64,000 nt of DNA. It comes from a virus. The position numbers were made by a program, and so were the translations under genes. Below, piece by piece: positions 1-9,748 of the stretch. Location: positions 29,466 to 93,465 of the IMG/VR virus record IMGVR_UViG_3300046512_000174. One strand, 5' to 3'. Each line of letters starts with the position of its first letter. Position 1 is the first letter of the stretch. A model generated the notes under the pieces. The model had not been told where the DNA came from. It saw only the letters and a program-made list of their open reading frames with translations, and ran no database searches.

Positions 1-1
1 C

Positions 2-169
2 GACTCCGATGAGGGCATGGCTTATCAGGTCATCAAGAAAATGACCGAAGGCCTGCAATTCACGGATCCGGCCGCGCGCGAGAAAGAATTGCTCGGTGCC
101 ATCGTCTACATCGCCGGTATCGTCGTCCGCCAGCGTCAGTCTTTGGCGGGCACACCCGATGGCCAGTGA
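2..169 (+). CDS. 3' end of a hypothetical phage protein (partial)
   Basis: Open frame from the window edge (DSDEGMAYQVIKK...ELLGAIVYIAG) to TGA 167-169, overlapping the next start. Confidence 0.6.
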   Translation, partial: DSDEGMAYQVIKKMTEGLQFTDPAAREKELLGAIVYIAGIVVRQRQSLAGTPDGQ

Positions 170-605
170 AGGCGTAATCCAGAAAGAGATCATCGGTGCC
201 CTCGGCTTCCTTTCTCGCTTATTCCGCCTGAATGGCGGCAAAGCTTGGATGTCAAACCTCGGTCCAAAGGGCGTTATAACACTCCCTGACGGTTCCAAAC
301 TGATCAAGGCGCCGCGCCCGGTCGGACTCGGCTTCACCATGACCAACGGTGACAGCGTTCCGGGGCAAAGCGACCTTGGCGGCTGGACCAAGGTGACCAT
401 AACGCCGGAGATGGTTGGCAAAGACATTGCCGTTTTTACCGCCATTGAAACCAAGCGCTCGAAGGGCGGAAAGGCATCCGACGACCAGCTCAATTTCGTC
501 GACCAAGTGCAGCGCCAAGGCGGTATCGCGGGCATTGCCAATAGCGTCGACGCCGCTCGTAAAATTATTGAGCAATGGGCTAGTAAAATCGGCGCTATTT
601 TGTAG
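159..605 (+). CDS. VRR-NUC / PD-(D/E)xK nuclease
   Basis: SEGVIQKEI start, G-x-SDL-x-G, AIETKR and DQLNF motifs typical of phage VRR-NUC proteins. Confidence 0.75.
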   Translation: MASEGVIQKEIIGALGFLSRLFRLNGGKAWMSNLGPKGVITLPDGSKLIKAPRPVGLGFTMTNGDSVPGQSDLGGWTKVTITPEMVGKDIAVFTAIETKRSKGGKASDDQLNFVDQVQRQGGIAGIANSVDAARKIIEQWASKIGAIL

Positions 606-666
606 TATCATCGCGACGCTTCCTATTGCTTAAAGTGTTGTGGCCCGGGCTTGGGCCGTGTTGTTG

Positions 667-732
667 TGGGCTAGGGTCCGGTTAGCTCCCGAACTCGAAA
701 AGCGCATCCTGATGGCGCCGCCCATTTTTTTT
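667..732 (+). ncRNA. c4/CI-like cloverleaf RNA candidate upstream of the primase
   Basis: Outer GGGC...GCCC stem, TAGCTC-loop hairpin, second hairpin with loop ATCCTGATG, then a T8 tract; CATCCTGA (705-712) is complementary to TCAGGATG (752-759). Confidence 0.5.
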
Positions 733-756
733 ATCAGTCAGACTTCAGGGGTCAGG

Positions 757-789
757 ATGAACACTTTAATGGGCGGGGACATTCAATGA
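757..789 (+). CDS. 10-codon leader peptide coupled to the primase start
   Basis: ATG 757 to TGA 787-789; ATGA overlap with primase ATG 786. Confidence 0.4.
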   Translation: MNTLMGGDIQ

Positions 790-3665
790 ATGACCACGCG
801 GCAATCAACAAGTTCCTAGAAGCAATGGCGGAACAAGACATCGTTCCGAGCCAGAACCTTAATTTCGAAGGAAAGCTTGAGCGTTTCCACGTTCAGGGTG
901 ATGCCCTCGGCAGCCGAAACGGCTGGGCTATCCTTCACATCGACAGCGCACCGGCCGGTCAGTTCGGTTGCAACAAGCGTTACGGCGATCATAAGTTCTC
1001 TTGGAGCGCTGGCATCAGTGCCACTCCGATGACTGAAGCCGAAAAGAAAAAACAGCGTGAAGACTGGGCAAAGCAGAAGGCAGAAACAGAGAAGCGCCGC
1101 GCTGCTGAGCGTGATGCTGCCGCTGTTCGAGCGCAGTCCGTCTGGGACGCCAGCGCACCAGCCACTGATGATCATCCGTACCTCGTTCGGAAGGGCGTCA
1201 AGGCGCACGGCCTGCGCGTGGGCAAGTGGGAATTCATCAATGCCGATACCGGTGAAGTAACCTGTCTGACCAATCAGGCGCTGCTGGTTCCGCTGAGCGA
1301 CAAGACCCGAAAAATTCACAGCCTGCAGGGCATTTTCCCCGGCAAAATCCTTGGTCGCGGCGAAGGTGCGCGCGATAAGGACTACCTGAAAAATGGCGCC
1401 AAGATTGGCATGTTTCACGCCATCGGCAAGCCGCAGATGGTCGACGGCAACCCGGTATTCGTTATCTGCGAAGGCTATGCCACCGGCGCATCCATCCATG
1501 AAGAAACCAACCATCTGGTGCTGGTCACTTTCGATGTGACCAACCTGCTCACGGTTGCCAAGGCGATCCGCGACAGCAAGCCTGATGCGATCATCGTGTT
1601 TGCCGTCGATAACGATGTCTGGACCAAAAAGCCAGTCGAAAACCCGGGCGTCCATTACGCAACGATCGCGGCAAAAGCCGTTGGCGGGCTGCTGGCCATT
1701 CCGCCATTCGTCCATGCCGATGGCACCCAAGATTCGGCCGGCAAGTGGTCTGGCCCCACTGACTTCAATGATTTGCAGGTGCGTGATGGTGCTGGCGCGA
1801 TAAAGGCCATCTTCGACGACGTCATTGCAAACCGAAGCCTGCCGCCAGAGCCCGAGCCAGAACCTCCGATGCCTTGGGAGGACGGTCCACCCGACTACCT
1901 CACCGAAGACATCCCGCCGGCGGCATTGGATGATTCAGCCGATAGCGCATCATCTCCACCGGCAGAGCCACCAGCGGCGGCAAGCGGCGGCCCGAAAGAC
2001 CCGATTGTCCCCGCTGAAAAGGATGAAGACGATCTGGTCAAGAATGCCCACTTCACGATCCTCGGTTACGATGGGCAGACCTATTTCCTGTTCCAGCACG
2101 AAAAGAAACAGGTGCTGGAGATCACCAAAAAGGACCTGAGCGATGTTGGCCTGATCGAGCTGGCCGACCTTTACTGGTGGGAGATGAATTTCGGCAACGG
2201 CAACGGCGGGATCGACAAAAAGGCCGTTGCTCAGTGGCTGTTCCGCACGGCGAACGGTCGCGGTATCTACGATCCTTCGCGGATCCGTGGGCGTGGTGCA
2301 TGGGCTGATAAAGGGCGCGCGGTGTTCCACCACGGCTCCTACCTGACCGTAAATGGCGAGCACACCGACATCACCGCCATCAAATCAGCCTACGTCTACC
2401 CGATGGCGCGCGAACTGCCGCAGCCGTCAGAGACGCCGCTGACCGATGCGGAAGGCGACCATCTCGTCGGCGTTGCCGATATGGTCCGCTGGAACATGCC
2501 GGGCAGCGCGGCGCTGATGGCCGGCTTCGTGATGCTGGCTCCGATCTGCGGTGCGCTGACATGGCGTCCCCACATCTGGCTGACAGGCGTGGCCGGCTCT
2601 GGCAAGTCAACCGTTCAGAACAAGTTCTGCGCGGCCCTGCTGCGTGGTGTTGGCCAGTACTACTCTGGCGACAGTACAGAGGCCGGTATCCGTCAAGATC
2701 TCAAGGCAGACGCGCTGCCGGTGCTGATCGATGAGGCTGAATCGAACAACGAGCGCGACAAGCAGCGGATCGAGAACGTCATCGGCCTGATCCGGAAAAC
2801 CTCGACCGAGTCGCAGATGCACACGGCCAAGGGCACCGTTTCCGGAAACAGCCAGCACTTCCAAATCAGGTCGATGTTCTGTCTGGCTTCGATCAACGTC
2901 AACCTGCCGACCAAGGCCGATATCGACCGCCTGACCATCCTCTCGATCAAGAAGGCAAAAGAGGGTGACGTCGACAACTGGCCTGAGCTTGAGGCTGAGC
3001 TGAACAAGATTGATCAGGACGAAACCATGTCCAGCCGGCTGTTGGCCCGCGCGCTAAAGCTGATGCCGGTGATCCTCGAATCGGTGAAGGTGTTCCGCAA
3101 GGCCGCCGCCATCCACTTCAAGGACCAGCGCTATGGTGACCAGTTCGGCACCCTGCTGGCGGGCTGCTGGTGTCTGATGAAAAGCTACGTGCCGCAGGAA
3201 TATGAGGCACTGGCCATGATCAAGGGCTACAACTGGCAGGAGCACACCGAAGATCAGGATCAGGATGACTCGGCCAAGGCGCTTGAGGCGCTGCTGAGCG
3301 CGAAGATTCGCCTGCCGGGCAATCTAGGTGACCTGACGGTCTACGAGCTGATACGCGAGTCGACAACGTCGTTCCGTCACGGTGGCGGCGTTGATATGGA
3401 CGTGGCCGACCAAACGCTGCGCCGTCACGGGATCCTCGTCGAGAGCGGGCGCCTGTTGTTCGGTACCGGCGTGAGCAACCTCAAAGAGCTGATCGCCAAG
3501 ATGCCAGCCATCACCAACTTGCGCGACCAGCTGCTGCGAGTGAAGGACGCCGATCGAGTGGGCACCAAGAGCTTCAACGGTACCAAGTCAAAGTGCGTGT
3601 CTATCCCTCTAGTTCCGATCCTCGGCGAGGCAAACAAGGAGGAGGACGACGGCAAGCCGTTCTGA
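786..3665 (+). CDS. TOPRIM primase fused to a P-loop helicase (P4 alpha/TraC-like)
   Basis: HPYLVRKG, ICEGYATG, AVDND, TDFNDL primase motifs; Pro-rich linker; Walker A GVAGSGKS and Walker B VLIDEAE. Confidence 0.9.
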   Translation: MNDHAAINKFLEAMAEQDIVPSQNLNFEGKLERFHVQGDALGSRNGWAILHIDSAPAGQFGCNKRYGDHKFSWSAGISATPMTEAEKKKQREDWAKQKAETEKRRAAERDAAAVRAQSVWDASAPATDDHPYLVRKGVKAHGLRVGKWEFINADTGEVTCLTNQALLVPLSDKTRKIHSLQGIFPGKILGRGEGARDKDYLKNGAKIGMFHAIGKPQMVDGNPVFVICEGYATGASIHEETNHLVLVTFDVTNLLTVAKAIRDSKPDAIIVFAVDNDVWTKKPVENPGVHYATIAAKAVGGLLAIPPFVHADGTQDSAGKWSGPTDFNDLQVRDGAGAIKAIFDDVIANRSLPPEPEPEPPMPWEDGPPDYLTEDIPPAALDDSADSASSPPAEPPAAASGGPKDPIVPAEKDEDDLVKNAHFTILGYDGQTYFLFQHEKKQVLEITKKDLSDVGLIELADLYWWEMNFGNGNGGIDKKAVAQWLFRTANGRGIYDPSRIRGRGAWADKGRAVFHHGSYLTVNGEHTDITAIKSAYVYPMARELPQPSETPLTDAEGDHLVGVADMVRWNMPGSAALMAGFVMLAPICGALTWRPHIWLTGVAGSGKSTVQNKFCAALLRGVGQYYSGDSTEAGIRQDLKADALPVLIDEAESNNERDKQRIENVIGLIRKTSTESQMHTAKGTVSGNSQHFQIRSMFCLASINVNLPTKADIDRLTILSIKKAKEGDVDNWPELEAELNKIDQDETMSSRLLARALKLMPVILESVKVFRKAAAIHFKDQRYGDQFGTLLAGCWCLMKSYVPQEYEALAMIKGYNWQEHTEDQDQDDSAKALEALLSAKIRLPGNLGDLTVYELIRESTTSFRHGGGVDMDVADQTLRRHGILVESGRLLFGTGVSNLKELIAKMPAITNLRDQLLRVKDADRVGTKSFNGTKSKCVSIPLVPILGEANKEEDDGKPF

Positions 3666-3680
3666 CCATTCGGAAACGAC

Positions 3681-3705
3681 AAAGCCCGCAAATGCGGGCT
3701 TTTTT
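3681..3705. terminator. Bidirectional intrinsic terminator
   Basis: AAAGCCCGCA-AA-TGCGGGCTTTTTT between convergent genes. Confidence 0.8.
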
Positions 3706-3716
3706 GTGGGCAGGAT

Positions 3717-3932
3717 TCAGTCTGGCTTGATCGGTCGACCCAGCATCCCGAAGTCAGCCCAGAGTGCTTCACGCTCTCCGCAGTGTGTGCATTCGCGGAT
3801 TTTCATGCTGATGTATCGAACCCATATGTGTTTCCCGGGGCAGGGCGCTCCGTTCGGACGCCACTCCCAGATATCCGTGTTCGGGATCTCGGCTACGGCG
3901 CCGGGCGTCCATTTATCTACTTTGAATTGCAT
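3717..3932 (-). CDS. Small hypothetical protein with CxxC
   Basis: ORF track; start reassigned to MQFKVDKW downstream of a terminator. Confidence 0.5.
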   Translation of the reverse strand: MQFKVDKWTPGAVAEIPNTDIWEWRPNGAPCPGKHIWVRYISMKIRECTHCGEREALWADFGMLGRPIKPD

Positions 3933-3943
3933 TGCGTACCCCA

Positions 3944-3968
3944 TAAAAAAGCCCGGCACTGGCCGGGC
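3944..3968 (-). terminator. Intrinsic terminator
   Basis: GCCCGGC hairpin followed by T6 on the minus strand. Confidence 0.7.
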
Positions 3969-3984
3969 GGTCTGCAGGTCGGCG

Positions 3985-4269
3985 TTACGGGATCCAGACC
4001 TGCCAAGTGAAGTCGGTCCAGTCGGCATGCTCGACGAGGGCCTTTTCCAGTTCGGCTTTGGCGAAGGCCGCTGCCGACCAATATGGCATCACGCTGGTGT
4101 CCATGTTCAGGCGGATCACCGGGCGCTGTGTGGCACCGGGCTCGAACGGAAGGTCGATGATGAGGCGGATGTGCCATCGGCGCTGCGAGTTGGTGAAGGT
4201 GCGAGGCCCAACAAACACGCCAACGCCCTGCTTGTGCTTGCTGTGGACAAAATTACTCAGGTGCCTCAT
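3985..4269 (-). CDS. Hypothetical protein
   Basis: ORF with AGGAGG-like RBS before MRHLSNF. Confidence 0.6.
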   Translation of the reverse strand: MRHLSNFVHSKHKQGVGVFVGPRTFTNSQRRWHIRLIIDLPFEPGATQRPVIRLNMDTSVMPYWSAAAFAKAELEKALVEHADWTDFTWQVWIP

Positions 4270-4435
4270 GCAGCCTCCTGACTGAAGGACCGGGCTTCCT
4301 GCCATGTTTCCCAGCGAACCTGAACCCCACGATTGGAGTAACGGCCGCGCCCGTTGACATGCAGACGTGTGACCCGGGCAATCAGGTCGACGCTGTATTT
4401 ACGGCAATACCACTGTTCAAAAAGTTCGCGCTCTG

Positions 4436-4675
4436 TCATTTGCGAGGAGGCCCTAAAATTGCTTCAACCTTGACCATGGCGGCCCGGACTCGCGCTCGGC
4501 TTGCGGCCGCATCGATCTTGTTCTGAGCGTTCACCCGAAGCCAGTACTGCTCCATCTGGGCAAATTGCTCATCACGGGATGATCGTGCGGACGGGTCTGT
4601 TCGCCGGGCGATATCGCGATCCATCTGCCGTGCTTGCGGGCTGTCCGCGTATTCGATTGCTTCGTTCATGCTCAC
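4436..4675 (-). CDS. Hypothetical protein
   Basis: ORF overlapping the upstream stop codon. Confidence 0.55.
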   Translation of the reverse strand: MSMNEAIEYADSPQARQMDRDIARRTDPSARSSRDEQFAQMEQYWLRVNAQNKIDAAASRARVRAAMVKVEAILGPPRK

Positions 4676-5211
4676 TTGCTCAGCTCCATGTCTGCATCAT
4701 GCCAGCCAGCCATCCACCACCCGCGAAGTACTCGGTCAAGACCAGATGGCGGTGAATTATTCGCATGGCAGGCCCGAGCCTGCTTGCCTTCGGCGTAGGC
4801 ATCTTCTGGTTTGACCTTAACGTCACACGGCCCGGCCAGTGCAATCTCGATCCGGCGTAGAGTGACCGCTTCGGCCACTTCCAGACGAAAGGAGTCGGTC
4901 ACCCTGATCGACTTCCCATGCCCTGCTATCCGTAGCCAGCCGCCACCACCTTCTGCTCGAGTGGCTTGCGTATAGCTCATCATCAGCGAGCGCTTCACCA
5001 GAAGGCCGGGGGAACAGCAGACAAAATCAGCGGTGTACTCAGCAGCAAGCAGACGAATCGTCATGCGGGCAGGCAGATAAAGCGATCGCCCATCGATCAG
5101 ATCCGCCATGACGACGCGGTCGTCTGCCCGGAACCACATGACGCTGTCGACTGAGAATTTGGTGACGCAGTCACCAAGTCTGGCACTGAGAATTTTGCGA
5201 GCGGGTTTCAC
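4672..5211 (-). CDS. LytTR-like DNA-binding domain with an Rmf-like C-terminal segment
   Basis: VMWFRADDRVV...DFVCCSPGLLV resembles AlgR-type LytTR; AYAEG...WWMAGW resembles Rmf-like phage motifs. Confidence 0.5.
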   Translation of the reverse strand: MKPARKILSARLGDCVTKFSVDSVMWFRADDRVVMADLIDGRSLYLPARMTIRLLAAEYTADFVCCSPGLLVKRSLMMSYTQATRAEGGGGWLRIAGHGKSIRVTDSFRLEVAEAVTLRRIEIALAGPCDVKVKPEDAYAEGKQARACHANNSPPSGLDRVLRGWWMAGWHDADMELSK

Positions 5212-5741
5212 AGATCGTGACCGCTGGCGATCGGCTGCATACGCTTGGCGAAGTCTTCGGGCTCACGGAAAAACAACTTACCGCTGGCAATATCGCGGTA
5301 CGCCCGACCAACCAACCCCTTGGCCTGACCGGCACCGGTAATGGTGCCCAGCACGGCATATTCGCCGCCCTTGCTGAGGCTGGTGAAGCGCGCAACGCCT
5401 TGCAGGGCATCACGCTCGGCGGTCACCTTGGTCAGCGCTGCCAAGGCCCACGCCATGAGGCCTGACTGATCAACTGGGCGCACGTTGCGGGCATTGCCGA
5501 CCAACCAGCTTTGCAGCTCAGCAGCTTCGGCGCTGTCGCGCTTGCGGGCTGCAACGGCGACCTCATCGAGCGGTTGAGCCGGTGCCGCTGCGACCATCTT
5601 GGCGAAGTTACTCGCCATGTTTTCGCGGTTGCGGGCTTGGGTCAGGCAGCACTGCGGCTCGATCAAGCCAACAAATGGCGCGTTGGCCATCTCCGGAGTG
5701 GCAGTCGTTGGCAGCATTTGCCACTGAATCGGCTTTTCCAT
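5208..5741 (-). CDS. Hypothetical phage protein
   Basis: 177 aa ORF; PTTATPEM and KGGEY motifs common in phage mosaic proteins. Confidence 0.7.
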   Translation of the reverse strand: MEKPIQWQMLPTTATPEMANAPFVGLIEPQCCLTQARNRENMASNFAKMVAAAPAQPLDEVAVAARKRDSAEAAELQSWLVGNARNVRPVDQSGLMAWALAALTKVTAERDALQGVARFTSLSKGGEYAVLGTITGAGQAKGLVGRAYRDIASGKLFFREPEDFAKRMQPIASGHDL

Positions 5742-5913
5742 GGTTTTCCCCTTTTTAGATCGATGAGTGAACGAAAGCGATACCGCAAACGACCAGAATC
5801 AGCAGCGCCGAAACCCAGAGATGGGCCTTTGTTATTTCCGCTTCGTGGTGCCGCTTGGTTTGGTTGCGCATCGACTTCGCTCCTGCGTTTATGATGCCCA
5901 AATAATAACGCCG

Positions 5914-5931
5914 TTACTCATATTTGAGCAA
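5914..5931. promoter_or_regulatory. 18-bp operator
   Basis: TTACTCATATTTGAGCAA in an intergenic region. Confidence 0.75.
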
Positions 5932-5962
5932 CGGCGCATGTAGAACTGTTTGGAATATGCGA

Positions 5963-6154
5963 TTAGCTATTTTCGCAATCAACCTTATTAAAACCGGGTG
6001 GCAGCGGGATAGGGCTGTACTGCTTGGAAAGGATCATCTGACGCACCTTCTCACATCCGTCCATTGTCATGCTGGGTGGCAATTCGAGTTTCTGAGTCAC
6101 TACGCATTTTTCAAGTGCAGCGTTGACGCAAGCGGCGAAAATCAGGCTGATCAT
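5963..6154 (-). CDS. Small Cys-containing, possibly exported protein
   Basis: Hydrophobic N-terminus MISLIFAACV. Confidence 0.45.
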   Translation of the reverse strand: MISLIFAACVNAALEKCVVTQKLELPPSMTMDGCEKVRQMILSKQYSPIPLPPGFNKVDCENS

Positions 6155-6173
6155 GGGTTGGCTTCCTTGTTGA

Positions 6174-6788
6174 TTATGGGGCGTTGCAGGCGCCGCAGTT
6201 CGGGCAGGCACCATAGTTCTGTGATTCTGTAAGGAACCGACCGCACGGCTCGCAGCGGTAGGTATAACGGGTGCGCTTGCGTTTGAATCGCTTGATACCG
6301 GATCCGCTCAGGGCTTCGGCGAGGCTCAGCTTGCCTTGATGGACCAGACGCCGGGTTTTCGTCTCGATGTAGGCCAGCGGCCAGATAATTTCGTTTTCAC
6401 TCAGTCTCTTGGCATGCTCGAGTGAAATGCGGTGAGCCTGCTCGAACTTTGGCGATGTGCCGATCGGCCACCGCGCCCAGATCAGATCGTTGCCGTTCCA
6501 CTCGCCCTTGACTTGCACCACGCACTGGCAGCCTTCTACCAGCATCGGCGCAGCCTCCTCGGCGCGCACATACTGGTGGTCGACGCCGAGGTGCGCGCGC
6601 TGGTCGATGTAGGCCTTCGGCCAAGGAATGTCATCGCCACAGCGATCTTCGTGCAGCTTCTGCGCGCGATCGCGGGTGAATACCTCGGCCCTGTCCAGAT
6701 CAGTGCAATAACCACCGCCCAGCGCCCAGAACATCAGGCCGTCGCCGGTATTGCCGTGCGGGCTCTGCAGGTAAAATTCGTCAATCAT
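6174..6788 (-). CDS. Conserved phage protein with C-terminal zinc ribbon
   Basis: 204 aa; internal repeat (WPKAYID/WPLAYIE); CEPC...CPNC. Confidence 0.8.
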   Translation of the reverse strand: MIDEFYLQSPHGNTGDGLMFWALGGGYCTDLDRAEVFTRDRAQKLHEDRCGDDIPWPKAYIDQRAHLGVDHQYVRAEEAAPMLVEGCQCVVQVKGEWNGNDLIWARWPIGTSPKFEQAHRISLEHAKRLSENEIIWPLAYIETKTRRLVHQGKLSLAEALSGSGIKRFKRKRTRYTYRCEPCGRFLTESQNYGACPNCGACNAP

Positions 6789-7546
6789 TGAGCCACCTCT
6801 ACTGGCGCTTGCTCGATCGCCGTACCCAGCGCCTTCATCGCCATGATCGCCTTGGCGGCGTGGTTGATCATGTAGAGGTTGCCGTAGACGCTTTCGCGCA
6901 CTTTCTCAACGCTCTCGCTGTCGACTTCGGCCATGTGCAGGTCATCACCGCTTTCCTGCACGAAGATCATGGCGGCCTCGGTGTATTCGATATCCTCGGC
7001 CTCCTGCATCATGTCGTAGAGGTTCGTCCAGCTCAGGTCAACTTCGTGCTCTCGCATCGAGTCAACAAAGGCCATGACCTCGGCGTAGATCTCGCGGGAC
7101 TGAAGGTCGGTGTTGTTTACCCACTCCGGCCACTTCTCCGCTTCATCTTCAGATGAAATTTCAGTGATCCGCGAGCAGGCGCCTTTGACCACCAGCTCAC
7201 GCCAGCGATCCTGATCGAACTCGAACTCCTTGCACTTCGGGTCGAGCTTGCTGTGGATGTAATACTGGACGTCATCTTTTGCCAGAAACTCCATCCCGTA
7301 ATAGCTGCCGACCACAAAGGACATGTTTTCGATATCGCCGACGACGCTGATTCCGAAGCGGGTGATCAGGATGTCGAAGGCATGAAATGTGCTGCGCGGA
7401 TCCTTGCAGCGCCACGCCTCGACCGGGCCTGTCGCGATCTGGGTGTAGCGGTGGTCAAACATGTTTTCGGCAGCGCGGGCCTTGTAGCGATCTTCGGTCG
7501 CCTTGCGTTCGGCGATGTATTCCGCATGTGATTTTTCAGTGTTCAT
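6785..7546 (-). CDS. Hypothetical phage protein
   Basis: 253 aa ORF, coupled to neighbours. Confidence 0.8.
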   Translation of the reverse strand: MNTEKSHAEYIAERKATEDRYKARAAENMFDHRYTQIATGPVEAWRCKDPRSTFHAFDILITRFGISVVGDIENMSFVVGSYYGMEFLAKDDVQYYIHSKLDPKCKEFEFDQDRWRELVVKGACSRITEISSEDEAEKWPEWVNNTDLQSREIYAEVMAFVDSMREHEVDLSWTNLYDMMQEAEDIEYTEAAMIFVQESGDDLHMAEVDSESVEKVRESVYGNLYMINHAAKAIMAMKALGTAIEQAPVEVAQ

Positions 7547-7971
7547 CAGCAGTCCCAGTTCAGGCCTTCGTAATATTCAGGAGTACCGCAGTTCGTGTCT
7601 TCGATCGGCGCTAAGGCGGCAGCGATCAGTTCATCGACCTTTTCCTTTGCCGCCTTGGCGGTGGCCATCGCGTATTCGAGGTGCAACAGATGGCGAACCT
7701 TGCGCTGCTGGAACGAATGCAGCGCCTGCGTGCGATCGGCATAGCAGTATTGAAGTCGGGCACGGTCCTTGCTGATTTTGCGACGCTGTTTCGTCAGCCA
7801 GTCCGGGCCGAATGCAAACGCGTGCTCAGCAACGTATTTGGTGACCACGTACCAATAGAACGGCGTCTGGCCAACCACCACGAACGTGTCGCATACCAGC
7901 GTGACGCCGTCCGGGCCGCCCTCTGCGCGATAGCGATAATGGTCTGGTCCAATTTTCACTTTTGCATTCAT
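7546..7971 (-). CDS. Hypothetical protein
   Basis: Start MNAKVKIG overlaps the upstream stop. Confidence 0.7.
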   Translation of the reverse strand: MNAKVKIGPDHYRYRAEGGPDGVTLVCDTFVVVGQTPFYWYVVTKYVAEHAFAFGPDWLTKQRRKISKDRARLQYCYADRTQALHSFQQRKVRHLLHLEYAMATAKAAKEKVDELIAAALAPIEDTNCGTPEYYEGLNWDC

Positions 7972-8453
7972 GCGAATTGTTCCTCGGCTTCCCGCTGCGC
8001 GGCTTTGTATTTTTTGAGGGCTTCCTTGTAGCTGGCCTTGGCTTCCGCTGCCGTTAGCGACCACTCACCTTCTACGTCCCGGTCATAGAGAGAATCGTAG
8101 CCGGAACGGGTGCGGTACATGCGGAACTGGCGCCGGCCATCAACAACCCGGCGTTCACGGTGTGGTTTGTTGATCCGAAGCCATTCATGGAAGTAGAGGC
8201 CAGACTCGTCGTGCTGGAACTCTTCGTAGTTCGACCGGCGCGGCGGCTTCGGCAGCTTCTCGGCCAGTTCGCCATAGACGATGCCATCGGTTGGGTGATG
8301 CGGGCGCGGACGGCGCTTCGGATCATCGTCGAGCACCACGCCGATATAGGCGTTGATGGCGGACATGATGATCCCGGGCTTGCCGTAGGCCACCACGCGG
8401 CGGCCAACCACGGCTGGCACCGCGTAATATTCGCGGATGTAGGACAGGCTCAT
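7968..8453 (-). CDS. Conserved phage hypothetical protein
   Basis: YIREYYAVPAVVGRRV...HPT motif. Confidence 0.75.
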   Translation of the reverse strand: MSLSYIREYYAVPAVVGRRVVAYGKPGIIMSAINAYIGVVLDDDPKRRPRPHHPTDGIVYGELAEKLPKPPRRSNYEEFQHDESGLYFHEWLRINKPHRERRVVDGRRQFRMYRTRSGYDSLYDRDVEGEWSLTAAEAKASYKEALKKYKAAQREAEEQFA

Positions 8454-8947
8454 TTGACTGGAGCCAGACCGGCCGCCGCGAAGGCTTCATTGACCTTAGC
8501 GTTCAGCGTGTCACGGGTGATGGTCTGGACTTTGTAGTCAACCATTTTCTGGATACTCGGTTCCATACCGTCTTGCCACTTGGTCAGCCGCTCCTCGATC
8601 AGCTCGACCATACGGGTTTCAACATGATCCTTGAATACCTGCTCAACCTTCGCCTTGATGGCGACGGCCAAACCGCCACCCTCACGAACCTCCAGAACCT
8701 TCTGCCAGCCTTTTCGCTCGAACAGTGATTCCATGATGCCTTCGGCATCTATTTTTTTGGTGGCTTCGTCGACGTGCGCTTTGAGCGCGCCAGTGACTTG
8801 TTCAGTCAGCTGGCCCTTAACGAATTTTCCGGCGGCCTCGGCCAGCACAGCAGACTGCAGCTGGACGCGGGCCTCGGTGCCTTCAGGAAACAGCGCGTTC
8901 AATGCCGAGGTGTTCAGTCGCAGGATTACTTGTTCGCCAATGTTCAT
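8450..8947 (-). CDS. Hypothetical protein
   Basis: 165 aa ORF with GAGGA RBS. Confidence 0.75.
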   Translation of the reverse strand: MNIGEQVILRLNTSALNALFPEGTEARVQLQSAVLAEAAGKFVKGQLTEQVTGALKAHVDEATKKIDAEGIMESLFERKGWQKVLEVREGGGLAVAIKAKVEQVFKDHVETRMVELIEERLTKWQDGMEPSIQKMVDYKVQTITRDTLNAKVNEAFAAAGLAPVK

Positions 8948-9124
8948 AGGTGTTCCTCAGTTAAGGTGCCAGCCGTTGCAGTACTTGCAGCGCGGGCAAA
9001 CGGTTTTTGATACGTGAGTGCGGCGGTAGATCTGTTCCACAGCAGCGCGCGCCGTCTCGGCCGAAGTGAAACGGCGGCGCGGGTGGCACAGCCGCTTTTC
9101 TTTGACTTCGGCCATGATGGCTCC

Positions 9125-9670
9125 TTACGCGTAGTCTTCGGCTTGGAAGGATTTCATCGCGGCATCGAAGCCGTCAGGATCCTTGTCGGTGAAGCTGTAA
9201 TCAGCGACAAGGTCAGACCCTTCGCCAAGAATCATCAGGATGCGATGGCTGTTCCCGGCTGCGTTGCTGACCTCGACGCGAACCTCGTCGAGGTCGAAAA
9301 TCAGTTCCATCGCCGACTTGGCGTCAGAAACCAAGGTTTCTTCGTCACCATCGTCGATCTCGGTGACCTTCCAGCCGTTGAACTCGAGCCATGCCAGCAG
9401 ATTGGCCACGATACGGCGCTCCATCTTGGCGCTGGCGTGCATTTCACTCCCCTTGTAGAGCAGCGCATCGATTTCCAGATCTGGCGGCTCGACCGGCATG
9501 AACACGGTCGGCGCCGAGAATTCAAGAGCAGCGCGCGCATTGTCTGCCAGCGCGGTGTTGCCGGTGGCGTCGTGCAGCGGGATCAGCAGCGCGATCGTGG
9601 CGCTCAACTGGTTGCGCTGGGCAATCACAGTGGCAAGTTCGGCCTTGAGGGTTTTTTCGTTGATGGACAT
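9125..9670 (-). CDS. Hypothetical protein
   Basis: 181 aa ORF with GAGGA RBS. Confidence 0.75.
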   Translation of the reverse strand: MSINEKTLKAELATVIAQRNQLSATIALLIPLHDATGNTALADNARAALEFSAPTVFMPVEPPDLEIDALLYKGSEMHASAKMERRIVANLLAWLEFNGWKVTEIDDGDEETLVSDAKSAMELIFDLDEVRVEVSNAAGNSHRILMILGEGSDLVADYSFTDKDPDGFDAAMKSFQAEDYA

Positions 9671-9700
9671 AGCTGAATCCTCGGATTGGTTGCAGGCGTT

Positions 9701-9731
9701 GGTACCGGGGAAGCCCCCAATTAAGGGGCTT
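9701..9731 (-). repeat. Hairpin + CCGGTACC intergenic element (1 of 4 copies)
   Basis: GGTACCGG-N3-4-CCCC-loop-GGGG on +; other copies at 9986-10014, 16003-16032, 17289-17318. Confidence 0.65.
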
Positions 9732-9748
9732 ATATGTGATCGGGGCGA

